A DNA stretch of 61,365 nucleotides from Eubacteriales bacterium (GTDB lineage: Bacteria > Bacillota > Clostridia > Oscillospirales > SIG627): positions 1 through 61,365 of the forward strand of contig JAZNRH010000044.1 of NCBI GenBank assembly GCA_045590615.1, written 5' to 3'. Each line of letters opens with the position of its first letter. Position 1 is the stretch's first letter. The translations under genes were made by a program, and so were the position numbers. The notes beneath the pieces are model-generated. The model made no database searches, was not told the DNA's origin, and was given only the letters and a program-made list of their open reading frames with translations. Shown here one piece after another: positions 54,002 to 61,365 of the stretch.

Positions 54002-55375
54002 TTAGCCAAGATATTCTCTTAAGTATTTAATTTGTTTATCAACCGAGTCAGGTCCTGTGCCACCCTGAGAAATTCTCTTCTTTACGCAGGTAAAGAGATT
54101 GATTTCGTCATAGAGGTCATTTTCAAACATATCCGAAAACGACTTGTACTCTTCAAGTGACATATTATCGAGCACCAGAGAGTTTTCTATGCAGTAGCGC
54201 ACGATTTGACCGGTGAGCTTGTATGCTTCACGGAAGGGCTTGCCCTTCTTTGTCAGATAGTCAGCAAGGTCGGTGGCGTTGATAAAGCCCTTGTTTGCAG
54301 CAGCGAGTGTGTTTTCGCTGAGCACCGTCATGGTTGCAATCATAGGAGCCATAACTCTGAGACATACCTTTACAGTGTCAAAGCTGTCAAAAATTGACTC
54401 CTTGTCCTCCTGCATATCCTTGTTATATGCAAGGGGGAGACCCTTGAGCATAGTGAGGGTGGACATAAGGTTTCCGTAAACCCTGCCCGTCTTACCCCTG
54501 ATGAGCTCTGCCATATCGGGATTTTTCTTTTGGGGCATTATGCTTGAGCCCGTTGTGTAGGAGTCGTCAAGCTCAATGAACTTGAATTCCCAGCTCGACC
54601 AGAGGATAATTTCCTCGGAAAGCCTTGACAGATGTGTCATAGTCAGTGCGAGCGCCGATTGAAGCTCTACGCAGAAATCTCTGTCCGAAACACCGTCGAT
54701 GCTGTTGAGGGTATATCCGTCAAAGCCGAGAAGCTCTGCTGTGAGCGATCTGTCGGTGTTGTAGGTAGTGCCAGAAAGTGCACAGCTGCCGAGTGGCGAG
54801 AGGTTCATTCTTTTTACTGCGTCCTCAATTCTGCCCACGTCTCTTGTCAGCATCATTGCGTATGCAAGAATGTGATGTGCAAACGAAATGGGTTGAGCTC
54901 TTTGAAGGTGAGTATAGCCTGACATAATAGTGTCACGGTTTTTGTCAGCCTGCTCGGTTATAGCAGCAATCAGCTCCTTGATTAAGCCGAGTGTTTCCTC
55001 AGCCTCGCTTTTGAGGTAAAGCCTTACGTCAACGGCAACCTGGTCGTTACGGCTTCTTGCAGTATGAAGTCTCTTTCCTGCATCACCGATTCTTGAGGTC
55101 AGCTCACCCTCGACAAAGGAGTGTATATCCTCTGCCTCAGCACTTATTTCAAGCTTGCCCGAGTCGATGTCCTCGAGGATTGAAATGAGCCCTTTTTCTA
55201 TTGCATCTCCTTCGCTTGCTTCAATAATGCCCTGTTTAACGAGCATTTTGGCGTGCGCAATCGAGCCGGTAATGTCCTGACGGTACATTCTTGAGTCAAC
55301 GTCGATTGACGAATTGAAGCCGAAGGCGATTTTGTCAAGCTCCTTTGTAAATCTTCCTGCCCAAAGCTTTTCCAT
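54002..55375 (-). CDS. argH: Argininosuccinate lyase
   Basis: 457 aa. WGGRF-type N-terminus (LWAGRFTK) and the GSSIMPQKKNPD signature. Confidence 0.95.
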   Translation of the reverse strand: MEKLWAGRFTKELDKIAFGFNSSIDVDSRMYRQDITGSIAHAKMLVKQGIIEASEGDAIEKGLISILEDIDSGKLEISAEAEDIHSFVEGELTSRIGDAGKRLHTARSRNDQVAVDVRLYLKSEAEETLGLIKELIAAITEQADKNRDTIMSGYTHLQRAQPISFAHHILAYAMMLTRDVGRIEDAVKRMNLSPLGSCALSGTTYNTDRSLTAELLGFDGYTLNSIDGVSDRDFCVELQSALALTMTHLSRLSEEIILWSSWEFKFIELDDSYTTGSSIMPQKKNPDMAELIRGKTGRVYGNLMSTLTMLKGLPLAYNKDMQEDKESIFDSFDTVKVCLRVMAPMIATMTVLSENTLAAANKGFINATDLADYLTKKGKPFREAYKLTGQIVRYCIENSLVLDNMSLEEYKSFSDMFENDLYDEINLFTCVKKRISQGGTGPDSVDKQIKYLREYLG

Positions 55376-55384
55376 TTTTACCTC

Positions 55385-56614
55385 TTACTTAATGTTATTC
55401 TTTGCCTTCATCTTTGCATAAACCTTAACGGGAAGACCGTAGAGGTTGATAAATCCTGCCGAGTCAGCCTGATTGTAAACCTCGTCCTCATCGAAGGTCG
55501 CAATTTCGGGATCGTAGAGTGAATAGGGAGAAGTAACGCCTGCGTTAATCATATTACCCTTGTAAAGCTTGAGAGTTACGTCGCCTGTAACTGTTCTCTG
55601 GGTAGTCTTAACGAAGGAGAGAATTGCCTCTGTCAATGGAGTGAACCACTGAGCGTTGTAAACGAGCTCTGCAAGCTTCTGAGCAACGAGAGCCTTGTAG
55701 TGAGAGGTTTCTTTATCAAGAGTAATCGTTTCAAGAACCTCGTGAGCCTTGTAGAGAATAGCTCCACCGGGAGTCTCGTATACACCACGGCATTTCATAC
55801 CAACGAGTCTGTTTTCAACGATGTCGAGAAGACCGATACCGTTAGCTCCACCAAGCTCGTTGAGCTTGGTAACGAGTGCAACAGAGTCCATTTCAACTCC
55901 GTCGATTGCTGTGGGAACACCCTTTTCAAAGTGGATTTTTACGTAGGTTGGCTTATCGGGAGCCTTTTCGGGTGAAACACCCATTTCAAGAAAGCCTTCC
56001 TTATTATAAAGAGGCTCGTTAGCAGGGTCCTCAAGGTCGAGACCCTCGTGAGAAAGATGCCAGATATTCTTGTCCTTTGAGTAGTTGGTTTCACGGCTGA
56101 TCTTGAGGGGCACGTTGTGAGCCTCAGCATAGTCGATTTCCTCGTCACGAGACTTGATGTCCCACTCTCTCCAGGGAGCGATAATCGGCATATCGGGAGC
56201 AAACGCCTTGATAGCAAGCTCAAATCTTACCTGGTCATTACCCTTACCGGTACAGCCGTGACAGATAGCGTCAGCGCCCTCTGCAAGAGCAATCTCTGCA
56301 ATTCTCTTGGCAATCGGAGGACGGGCAAAGGCAGTACCGAGGAGATAATCCTCGTATTTAGCCCCTGCCTGAACCGAAGGGAATACGTATTCTTCAAGGA
56401 ACTCTTTCGTAAGGTCCTCTATGTAGATTTTAGAAGCACCCGTCTTGATAGCCTTTTCTTCAAGACCCTCAAGCTCGCTTGCCTGACCTACGTTTCCTGA
56501 AACTGCAATGATTTCGGGGTTGTTGTAGTTCTCCTTGAGCCACGGAATGATGATAGAAGTATCAAGTCCACCCGAGTAAGCGAGAACAACCTTTTTGATT
56601 TTTGTTTTATCCAT
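55385..56614 (-). CDS. argG: Argininosuccinate synthase
   Basis: [12 protein letters not shown] and [13 protein letters not shown] motifs. Start taken at the ATG after AGAGGTG. Confidence 0.95.
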   Translation of the reverse strand: MDKTKIKKVVLAYSGGLDTSIIIPWLKENYNNPEIIAVSGNVGQASELEGLEEKAIKTGASKIYIEDLTKEFLEEYVFPSVQAGAKYEDYLLGTAFARPPIAKRIAEIALAEGADAICHGCTGKGNDQVRFELAIKAFAPDMPIIAPWREWDIKSRDEEIDYAEAHNVPLKISRETNYSKDKNIWHLSHEGLDLEDPANEPLYNKEGFLEMGVSPEKAPDKPTYVKIHFEKGVPTAIDGVEMDSVALVTKLNELGGANGIGLLDIVENRLVGMKCRGVYETPGGAILYKAHEVLETITLDKETSHYKALVAQKLAELVYNAQWFTPLTEAILSFVKTTQRTVTGDVTLKLYKGNMINAGVTSPYSLYDPEIATFDEDEVYNQADSAGFINLYGLPVKVYAKMKAKNNIK

Positions 56615-56624
56615 TTTTAGCACC

Positions 56625-56642
56625 TCTTGTATTTTTATTCAT
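56625..56642 (-). promoter_or_regulatory. ARG box (ArgR/AhrC operator) candidate
   Basis: The minus strand reads ATGAATAAAAATACAAG, close to the Bacillus ARG box CATGAATAAAAATKCAAK. It sits between the promoter -10 and the argG RBS. Confidence 0.5.
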
Positions 56643-56653
56643 TTATTTTACAT

Positions 56654-56682
56654 AATTATACAACAATATATACAGGTTGTCA
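56654..56682 (-). promoter_or_regulatory. Consensus sigma-A promoter of argG-argH
   Basis: Reverse complement reads TTGACA-N17-TATAAT. Confidence 0.65.
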
Positions 56683-56856
56683 ATAAGTAATAATAAAATT
56701 CTTTTTGTATTATCTCACGATATTGTGTACAAAGTTTGAACAAAACAGTGCATTTTCAACAAAGAACTAATTTTTTTGTTTATTCTTGCATTTTATATTG
56801 AAAAATTCACACTTGTATGGTAAAATGTATGTAAAATACGTGTCAGGAGAACTCGA

Positions 56857-58749
56857 ATGAAAAAAAGACCGATTTTCAAAATATCAATAAAACCGACGAG
56901 GCTGTTTTACATAGCCTTCCTTTTGGTTTATTTGTTTATAATTTTTTGCGAATGTGAGCTATTGCCCTTCTCGAGAAGGGGATATTCGGTGGTAGCTCTG
57001 TTTTTTATTTTCTTTTCGCTCGTGCGCTTTGAGCTGCGCCGTAATCCGATTGTTGATATTCTGTTGCCGATTGCCAATTCCTTTGTGGTCACACTCGTTT
57101 TACAGCTTATGCTGTCCTGCGACCCGAGAATTCTCAATACGCCCACATTGATTGGCAACGTTGCTCTCAACGCAGGCTTTTGCTATCTGTTTTTGCTTTT
57201 GACAAATAGCATTAAATGGTCGCTTGGGCTGACTGATACTTTGCTTTTCGGCTTTGCCTTTATAGATTATATGGTAATAAGCTTCAGAAAAAGTGAGATT
57301 AAATTCAGCGATATATATTCAATCAAGACGGGTGCGTCGGTTGTCGGACAGTACAAGCTCGAGCTGACTTCAAGGGTCAATTATGCAATCATCGTATTTG
57401 TTGCAATTTTATTCGTGGTAGCCATAACCAAGCTCACAGTTAAATCAAAGAGGAATCAGCTTCCGAGAATAACGGGTGTTTTAGCTCTTGGAATTTCTCT
57501 TTTTACGGTGTCATATTGTATGAATAATTCCACTAACTATATGCAGCTCTGGGCAACCGACGGAATTAAGTATAACGGACTTACCTATAATTTCCTGATT
57601 GAAGCCAGAGACAGTAGGGTTGAAATGCCGGAGGGCTACAGCAACGAAAGGGCAGAGGAGCTTTTCTCCCGTTATTCACCCACCCAAGCCGATGCCGAAC
57701 AGCCCAACATCATCGTAGTTATGTCCGAGGCATTTGCCGACCTTTCTGTTTTGGGAGAATTTGAAACGAGCGATAACCCTATGGAGTTTTATAATTCTTT
57801 GAAGGAAAACTGTACCAAGGGCTACCTTATGTCCTCGGTGTTCGGTGGAAATACAGCCTCGTCGGAATGGGAATTTCTGACGGGTAACACGCAGGCGTTT
57901 TTGCCCTACGGCTCGGTTGCGTATCAGCAGTATATCAAAACCGAAGCGAACACCATCGTCGAGGTTATGGAGGACAACGGCTACACCACCGTCGCAATGC
58001 ACCCCTTTCTTTCGACGGGTTGGAAGAGAAATATAGTTTACGACGTGTTTGGCTTCGACGAGGTTTATTTTCAGGATGAGCTTTCGGGCGATGAAAAAAT
58101 AAGAGGCTTTGTAAGTGACAGAACTCTTTTCAGGGATATCGCAGAGCGACTTGAGAATAAAAAAAAAGGCGAAAAGCTTTTCACCTTCGCCATTACTATG
58201 CAAAATCACGGTGGATACGAGTACGGAAACTTTGAGTCAGAGGTGACGGTTGAGGGGATTGACGTGCTCAGCGCAAATCAATATCTCACTCTTTTGAAAA
58301 AGAGTGATGACGCTCTTCGCGAGCTGATAGGCGCGCTTGAAGGCTTTGATGAAAAGACCATGCTGGTATTATTCGGAGACCATCACCCCAGCCTTAACTC
58401 AGCGTTTTACTCTCATGTAATGGGAGACACTCAGAATACCTATCAGGGCACGATGAAGAAGTATACCGTTCCCTTTATGATATGGACGAACTATGATACA
58501 CCCGAAGAGGAAAATCTGCTTTCGAGCATAAATTTCTTGCCCGTAATGATGATGAAGAAGGCAGGAGTAGCAATGCCCGAATATTTCGTTTATCTTGATG
58601 AGCTTCATTCAAGGATGCCTGCAGTCAGCTTCTTTGCATATTATTCCGAGTCCGAGAAAAAGCTCAAGAGACCGTCTGAGGCGACGGGTGGGGAGCTTGA
58701 CTTACTCAACGAGTACAGATTATTGCAATATTATAACGTGTTCAAATAG
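56857..58749 (+). CDS. LTA-synthase-family protein (polytopic N-terminus plus sulfatase-like domain), paralog of 11719..13743
   Basis: 630 aa. VVMSEAFAD...GGNTASSEWEFLTG...FGDHHP matches the other copy's blocks. Confidence 0.75.
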   Translation: MKKRPIFKISIKPTRLFYIAFLLVYLFIIFCECELLPFSRRGYSVVALFFIFFSLVRFELRRNPIVDILLPIANSFVVTLVLQLMLSCDPRILNTPTLIGNVALNAGFCYLFLLLTNSIKWSLGLTDTLLFGFAFIDYMVISFRKSEIKFSDIYSIKTGASVVGQYKLELTSRVNYAIIVFVAILFVVAITKLTVKSKRNQLPRITGVLALGISLFTVSYCMNNSTNYMQLWATDGIKYNGLTYNFLIEARDSRVEMPEGYSNERAEELFSRYSPTQADAEQPNIIVVMSEAFADLSVLGEFETSDNPMEFYNSLKENCTKGYLMSSVFGGNTASSEWEFLTGNTQAFLPYGSVAYQQYIKTEANTIVEVMEDNGYTTVAMHPFLSTGWKRNIVYDVFGFDEVYFQDELSGDEKIRGFVSDRTLFRDIAERLENKKKGEKLFTFAITMQNHGGYEYGNFESEVTVEGIDVLSANQYLTLLKKSDDALRELIGALEGFDEKTMLVLFGDHHPSLNSAFYSHVMGDTQNTYQGTMKKYTVPFMIWTNYDTPEEENLLSSINFLPVMMMKKAGVAMPEYFVYLDELHSRMPAVSFFAYYSESEKKLKRPSEATGGELDLLNEYRLLQYYNVFK

Positions 58750-58762
58750 AGGAGGAGAAAAT

Positions 58763-60022
58763 ATGAGTGCGTATGATTTTATTGAAAAAGACCCCACAAT
58801 AAAGGCAATTTCAAGGGGAGAAGAGGTTTATTGGGAAAATCCGTATAAGCTGAGCTTCAACGAAGCGCCAACACCCATAACAGATGAGCAGATTACCGAT
58901 GCCGAAGAGCGACTTTTGAGGTTTGCTCCGTTTATACAAAGGGTATTTCCCGAGACTGTGGCGACGGGTGGAATAATTGAGTCGGAGCTTGTCGAAATCC
59001 CCGAGATGAAAAAGGCGCTGGGAATAGAGAACGGTACGCTTTGGCTGAAAAAGGACTCTCACCTTGCAGTTTCAGGCTCAATCAAGGCAAGGGGTGGCTT
59101 TTACGAGGTGCTCAAGCACGCCGAGGAGCTTGCTGTAAAAAACGGACTTATTACTTATTCTGATAACTATGAAAAATTCGATACCCCCGAATTCAGAAAA
59201 TTCTTTTCGCGCTATAAGGTTCAGGTCGGCTCAACGGGTAACCTTGGAATGTCAATAGGCATAATGAGTGCTGCAATCGGCTTTGAGGTTATCGTGCATA
59301 TGTCCGAGGACGCAAAGGAATGGAAAAAAGCTCTTTTGAGGAGCAGGGGAGTAAACGTCATTGAGTATTCAGACGATTATTCAAGAGCCGTAGCAGAGGG
59401 TAGAAAGAACTCCGAAAGTGACCCGACGAGCTATTTTGTTGACGATGAAAAATCGGTTGACCTTTTCCTTGGTTACGCTGTTGCTGCAAGACGTCTTGAA
59501 AGAGTGCTCAGAGATAAAAAAATTACGGTGGATGCCGAGCATCCACTCGTGGTGTACATTCCTGCAGGAGTCGGTGGTGCTCCCGGTGGTATAACGTATG
59601 GACTCAACAGAATTTACGGTGACAACGTAAGGTGCTATTTTGTAGAGCCGAGCAACTGTCCGTCAGTGCTTCTCGGAATAGTGACTCAGCTCTTTGAAAA
59701 CGCCAACGTGCACGACGTTGGATTGACGGGAAAAACACACGCAGACGGTCTTGCCTGCGCATCACCCTCGTCGCTGGTTACAAGGGTTATGACACCGGTT
59801 GTTTCGGGTGTTTACACAGTCAGTGATAAAAAGCTTTACGACTATCTCAGACTTCTTTATAAGAGCGAGGGAATTGAAATCGAGCCCTCCAGCTGTGCTG
59901 CCTTTATCGGTCCTCATAAGAACAAGGTTGAAAAGACGGCAACTCAAATCGTATGGGCAACGGGTGGCAGTATGGTGCCCGATGAAATAAAGAAGGAATA
60001 CCTTGAAACGTATCTGAACTAA
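58763..60022 (+). CDS. dsdA: D-serine ammonia-lyase (D-serine dehydratase)
   Basis: FPETVATGGIIESELV, KKDSHLAVSGSIKARGG and VGSTGNLGMSIGIMSA align closely with E. coli DsdA. Start at the ATG after AGGAGGAG. Confidence 0.9.
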   Translation: MSAYDFIEKDPTIKAISRGEEVYWENPYKLSFNEAPTPITDEQITDAEERLLRFAPFIQRVFPETVATGGIIESELVEIPEMKKALGIENGTLWLKKDSHLAVSGSIKARGGFYEVLKHAEELAVKNGLITYSDNYEKFDTPEFRKFFSRYKVQVGSTGNLGMSIGIMSAAIGFEVIVHMSEDAKEWKKALLRSRGVNVIEYSDDYSRAVAEGRKNSESDPTSYFVDDEKSVDLFLGYAVAARRLERVLRDKKITVDAEHPLVVYIPAGVGGAPGGITYGLNRIYGDNVRCYFVEPSNCPSVLLGIVTQLFENANVHDVGLTGKTHADGLACASPSSLVTRVMTPVVSGVYTVSDKKLYDYLRLLYKSEGIEIEPSSCAAFIGPHKNKVEKTATQIVWATGGSMVPDEIKKEYLETYLN

Positions 60023-60042
60023 ACGAAGGGGATGTAAAAAAA

Positions 60043-60128
60043 GGCGAGCCCTCATAAAAGCAGAGGGGGCTTTTTAGCAAAAAGCACCCTCTCGACTCCC
60101 GAAAAGCATAACTTGTTTAATTTTAGTT
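60043..60128 (+). repeat. Family B intergenic repeat, copy B3
   Basis: GGCGAGCCCTCATAAAAGCAGAGGGGGCTTTTTAGCAAAAAGCACCCTCTCGACTCCCGAAAAGCATAACTTGTTTAATTTTAGT. Confidence 0.8.
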
Positions 60129-60147
60129 ACATATCCCCGAACGCACA

Positions 60148-60185
60148 GGGCTGTAAAAAAACTATATCAGTTTTTTTACAGCCCC
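60148..60185. terminator. Terminator hairpin of conserved family D (between convergent dsdA and the AraC gene)
   Basis: GGGCTGTAAAAAAAC-TATATCA-GTTTTTTTACAGCCCC. Confidence 0.75.
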
Positions 60186-60191
60186 ATTTTC

Positions 60192-61055
60192 TTACGTTCT
60201 TCCTTCTTTTGAAAATCTACGGTATTCCGACGGTGAGCAGTTTTGAATGGATTTGAAAACTCTGTTGAAATACGAAACCGATGAAAAGCCGTTTTCGAGG
60301 GCAATTTCTGTAATGCTCAGATTACTTTCAGCAAGCAGCTTTGTCGAGTGGTGAACTCTCACTGTGTTCAGATAATCCGTAAAGCCCATATTCAAAAGGC
60401 TTTTGAACAGCCTGCAAAAATAGAAATTGCTCATATTGTTTATATTGCTGACCTCGTCAAGAGAAATGTTTTCGTTATAGTGAGAGGCAATATAGTCGAG
60501 GGCAGGCATTATTCTCTTCAGCTTATTGTCGTCAATTCCTTCGCTTTCGTCTATCAGAAAGGAGTTTCGGTAAAGTACGGCAAGAATTCCGTAGACTACC
60601 GATTTAAGATACAATGCCCCCGAAGGCTCGGGAGTCGAGGCGTGACGGATTGCCTCATTGAAAAAGTGAGTCAGCTCTTCGTCTCTTGTTATTTCAAAGC
60701 TTTTGCTGCCCAGCTTGGAAATGAGATTGACGTAGGTAGGGGTAATGAACTCGTCTGTATTGAAGTGGAGCATATCGCTTTTCAATATACATTCTTTCGG
60801 GACGTAGGTCGAGTGTGGGACGTTCGAGTTTATACAAACAACGTCACCGGTACGGGAGACGTGCTCGCTACCGTCCTCCAGCCTTATTACGAGCTCGCCC
60901 GAGAGAATGTGCAAAAGCTCAAGCTCGCTGTGTATGTGAGGGTTTGAACAGATATAGCCTGCAGGAACAAGGTGATTTTCCTTGTGCTTGCTTATTTTTA
61001 TGGGCACGCCCTTGACGTTGGGCACGATTTTTTCGAAAAATAAGGAGTCTGCCAT
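60192..61055 (-). CDS. AraC-family transcriptional regulator (cupin sensor plus HTH_18)
   Basis: 287 aa. The C-terminus FCRLFKSLLNMGFTDYLNTVRVHHSTKLL...ITEIALENGFSSVSYFNRVFK is the AraC HTH. Confidence 0.85.
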   Translation of the reverse strand: MADSLFFEKIVPNVKGVPIKISKHKENHLVPAGYICSNPHIHSELELLHILSGELVIRLEDGSEHVSRTGDVVCINSNVPHSTYVPKECILKSDMLHFNTDEFITPTYVNLISKLGSKSFEITRDEELTHFFNEAIRHASTPEPSGALYLKSVVYGILAVLYRNSFLIDESEGIDDNKLKRIMPALDYIASHYNENISLDEVSNINNMSNFYFCRLFKSLLNMGFTDYLNTVRVHHSTKLLAESNLSITEIALENGFSSVSYFNRVFKSIQNCSPSEYRRFSKEGRT

Positions 61056-61135
61056 AATGTCAATATTTTTCCTCTCACCAAAATTTTTTATTCATAAATA
61101 TTATAACCCCTAAAAATTAAATGTCAATATTTTTA
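61056..61135. promoter_or_regulatory. Direct 15-bp repeats in the divergent promoter region (candidate operator)
   Basis: AATGTCAATATTTTT occurs at 61056 and 61120. TTGACT-N17-TATAAT follows at about 61153..61181, pointing right. Confidence 0.4.
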
Positions 61136-61226
61136 ATATTAAATTTTTTAGTTGACTTTTTTGAATAATGAGAATATAATATATAAAAACATTGTTTCGG
61201 GGCGGAGTGCAATTCTCCACCGGTGG

Positions 61227-61365
61227 TATAGCCAAAGGGAGCCGAACTCTTGTCGGTTTCAAGGGTGATTTTCGTCCCTATCTTCGTTACTTTCCCTTGT
61301 AATACATAAAGTATTACTTCGGAAAAGATGCCTTGATATGAACAAAAATTACCTCTTGAAACTTC
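61227..61365. repeat. Family A palindromic repeat, copy A3 (cut by the window end)
   Basis: The left arm is identical to A1 over 46 nt. Central hairpin GTAATAC/GTATTAC. The right arm starts AAAATTACCTCTTGAAAC at the window edge. Confidence 0.75.

Noticed and set aside
58595-58762. N-terminal 56-aa extension of dsdA proposed by the track.
   Set aside because: It overlaps the end of the LTA-synthase gene in another frame. The DsdA homology begins at MSAYDF, and AGGAGGAG precedes the ATG at 58763. Similar trimming was applied to 32980 (to 33037), 28818 (to 28872), 13908 (to 13953), 8721 (to 8703), 11100 (to 11112), 25731 (to 25743), 52006 (to 51988) and 56623 (to 56614).
1-61365. Looked for integrated mobile elements, prophage, defence islands, retrons or DGRs, CRISPR, and toxin-antitoxin protein pairs.
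   Set aside because: I recognised no transposase, integrase, recombinase, reverse transcriptase, cas, restriction-modification or phage structural gene in any frame. Only non-autonomous repeat elements are present.

Overview
This 61.4-kb window is a chromosomal segment from a low-GC, spore-forming Firmicute. The gene content looks Clostridia-like (spoIIR, spoVM and sigH are present), but I cannot name the species.

Most of the window is core housekeeping:
- A minus-strand methionine/folate operon: YitT-like membrane protein, metF, a separate MetH activation-domain protein, and metH.
- eutH, a PHP histidinol phosphatase and an RsmF-like methyltransferase.
- tRNA-Ser(GCU).
- A cation:proton antiporter, spoIIR and an LTA-synthase-family protein.
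- infC-rpmI-rplT with an L20-type leader.
- The conserved block priA-def-fmt-(Zn peptidase)-rsmB-rlmN-prpC-prkC-rsgA, followed by ylxM-ffh-rpsP-KH protein.
- An acyl-CoA synthetase, an S1-domain protein, mtaB and an OmpR/HK two-component pair.
- glyA, rarA, mscL, rlmB and sigH.
- A Wzz/BY-kinase pair, argH-argG, a second LTA-synthase paralog with dsdA, and an AraC regulator.

I found no CRISPR array, transposase, integrase or recognisable defence genes. I could not identify a multi-gene novel system with confidence.

The parts the ORF track does not explain are:
1. An 830-bp region downstream of tRNA-Ser with no ORF I accept from the track. It carries near-consensus promoters and terminators on both strands, consistent with a candidate antisense sRNA/micro-ORF pair plus a roughly 370-nt purine-rich transcription unit.
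2. Several modular intergenic repeat families. Family A is a MITE-like palindrome of about 165 bp. Families B and C are terminator-associated modules. Family D is a conserved terminator hairpin. Two of these overlap gene stop codons.
3. Three orphan paralogous lipoprotein solute-binding proteins.
4. A P-type-ATPase-like membrane protein whose catalytic motifs all appear degenerate.
5. An untracked spoVM plus an upstream 48-codon membrane ORF.
6. Phased short repeats upstream of mtaB.

All functional calls come from my own motif and family recognition in the translated ORFs. No database search was run.
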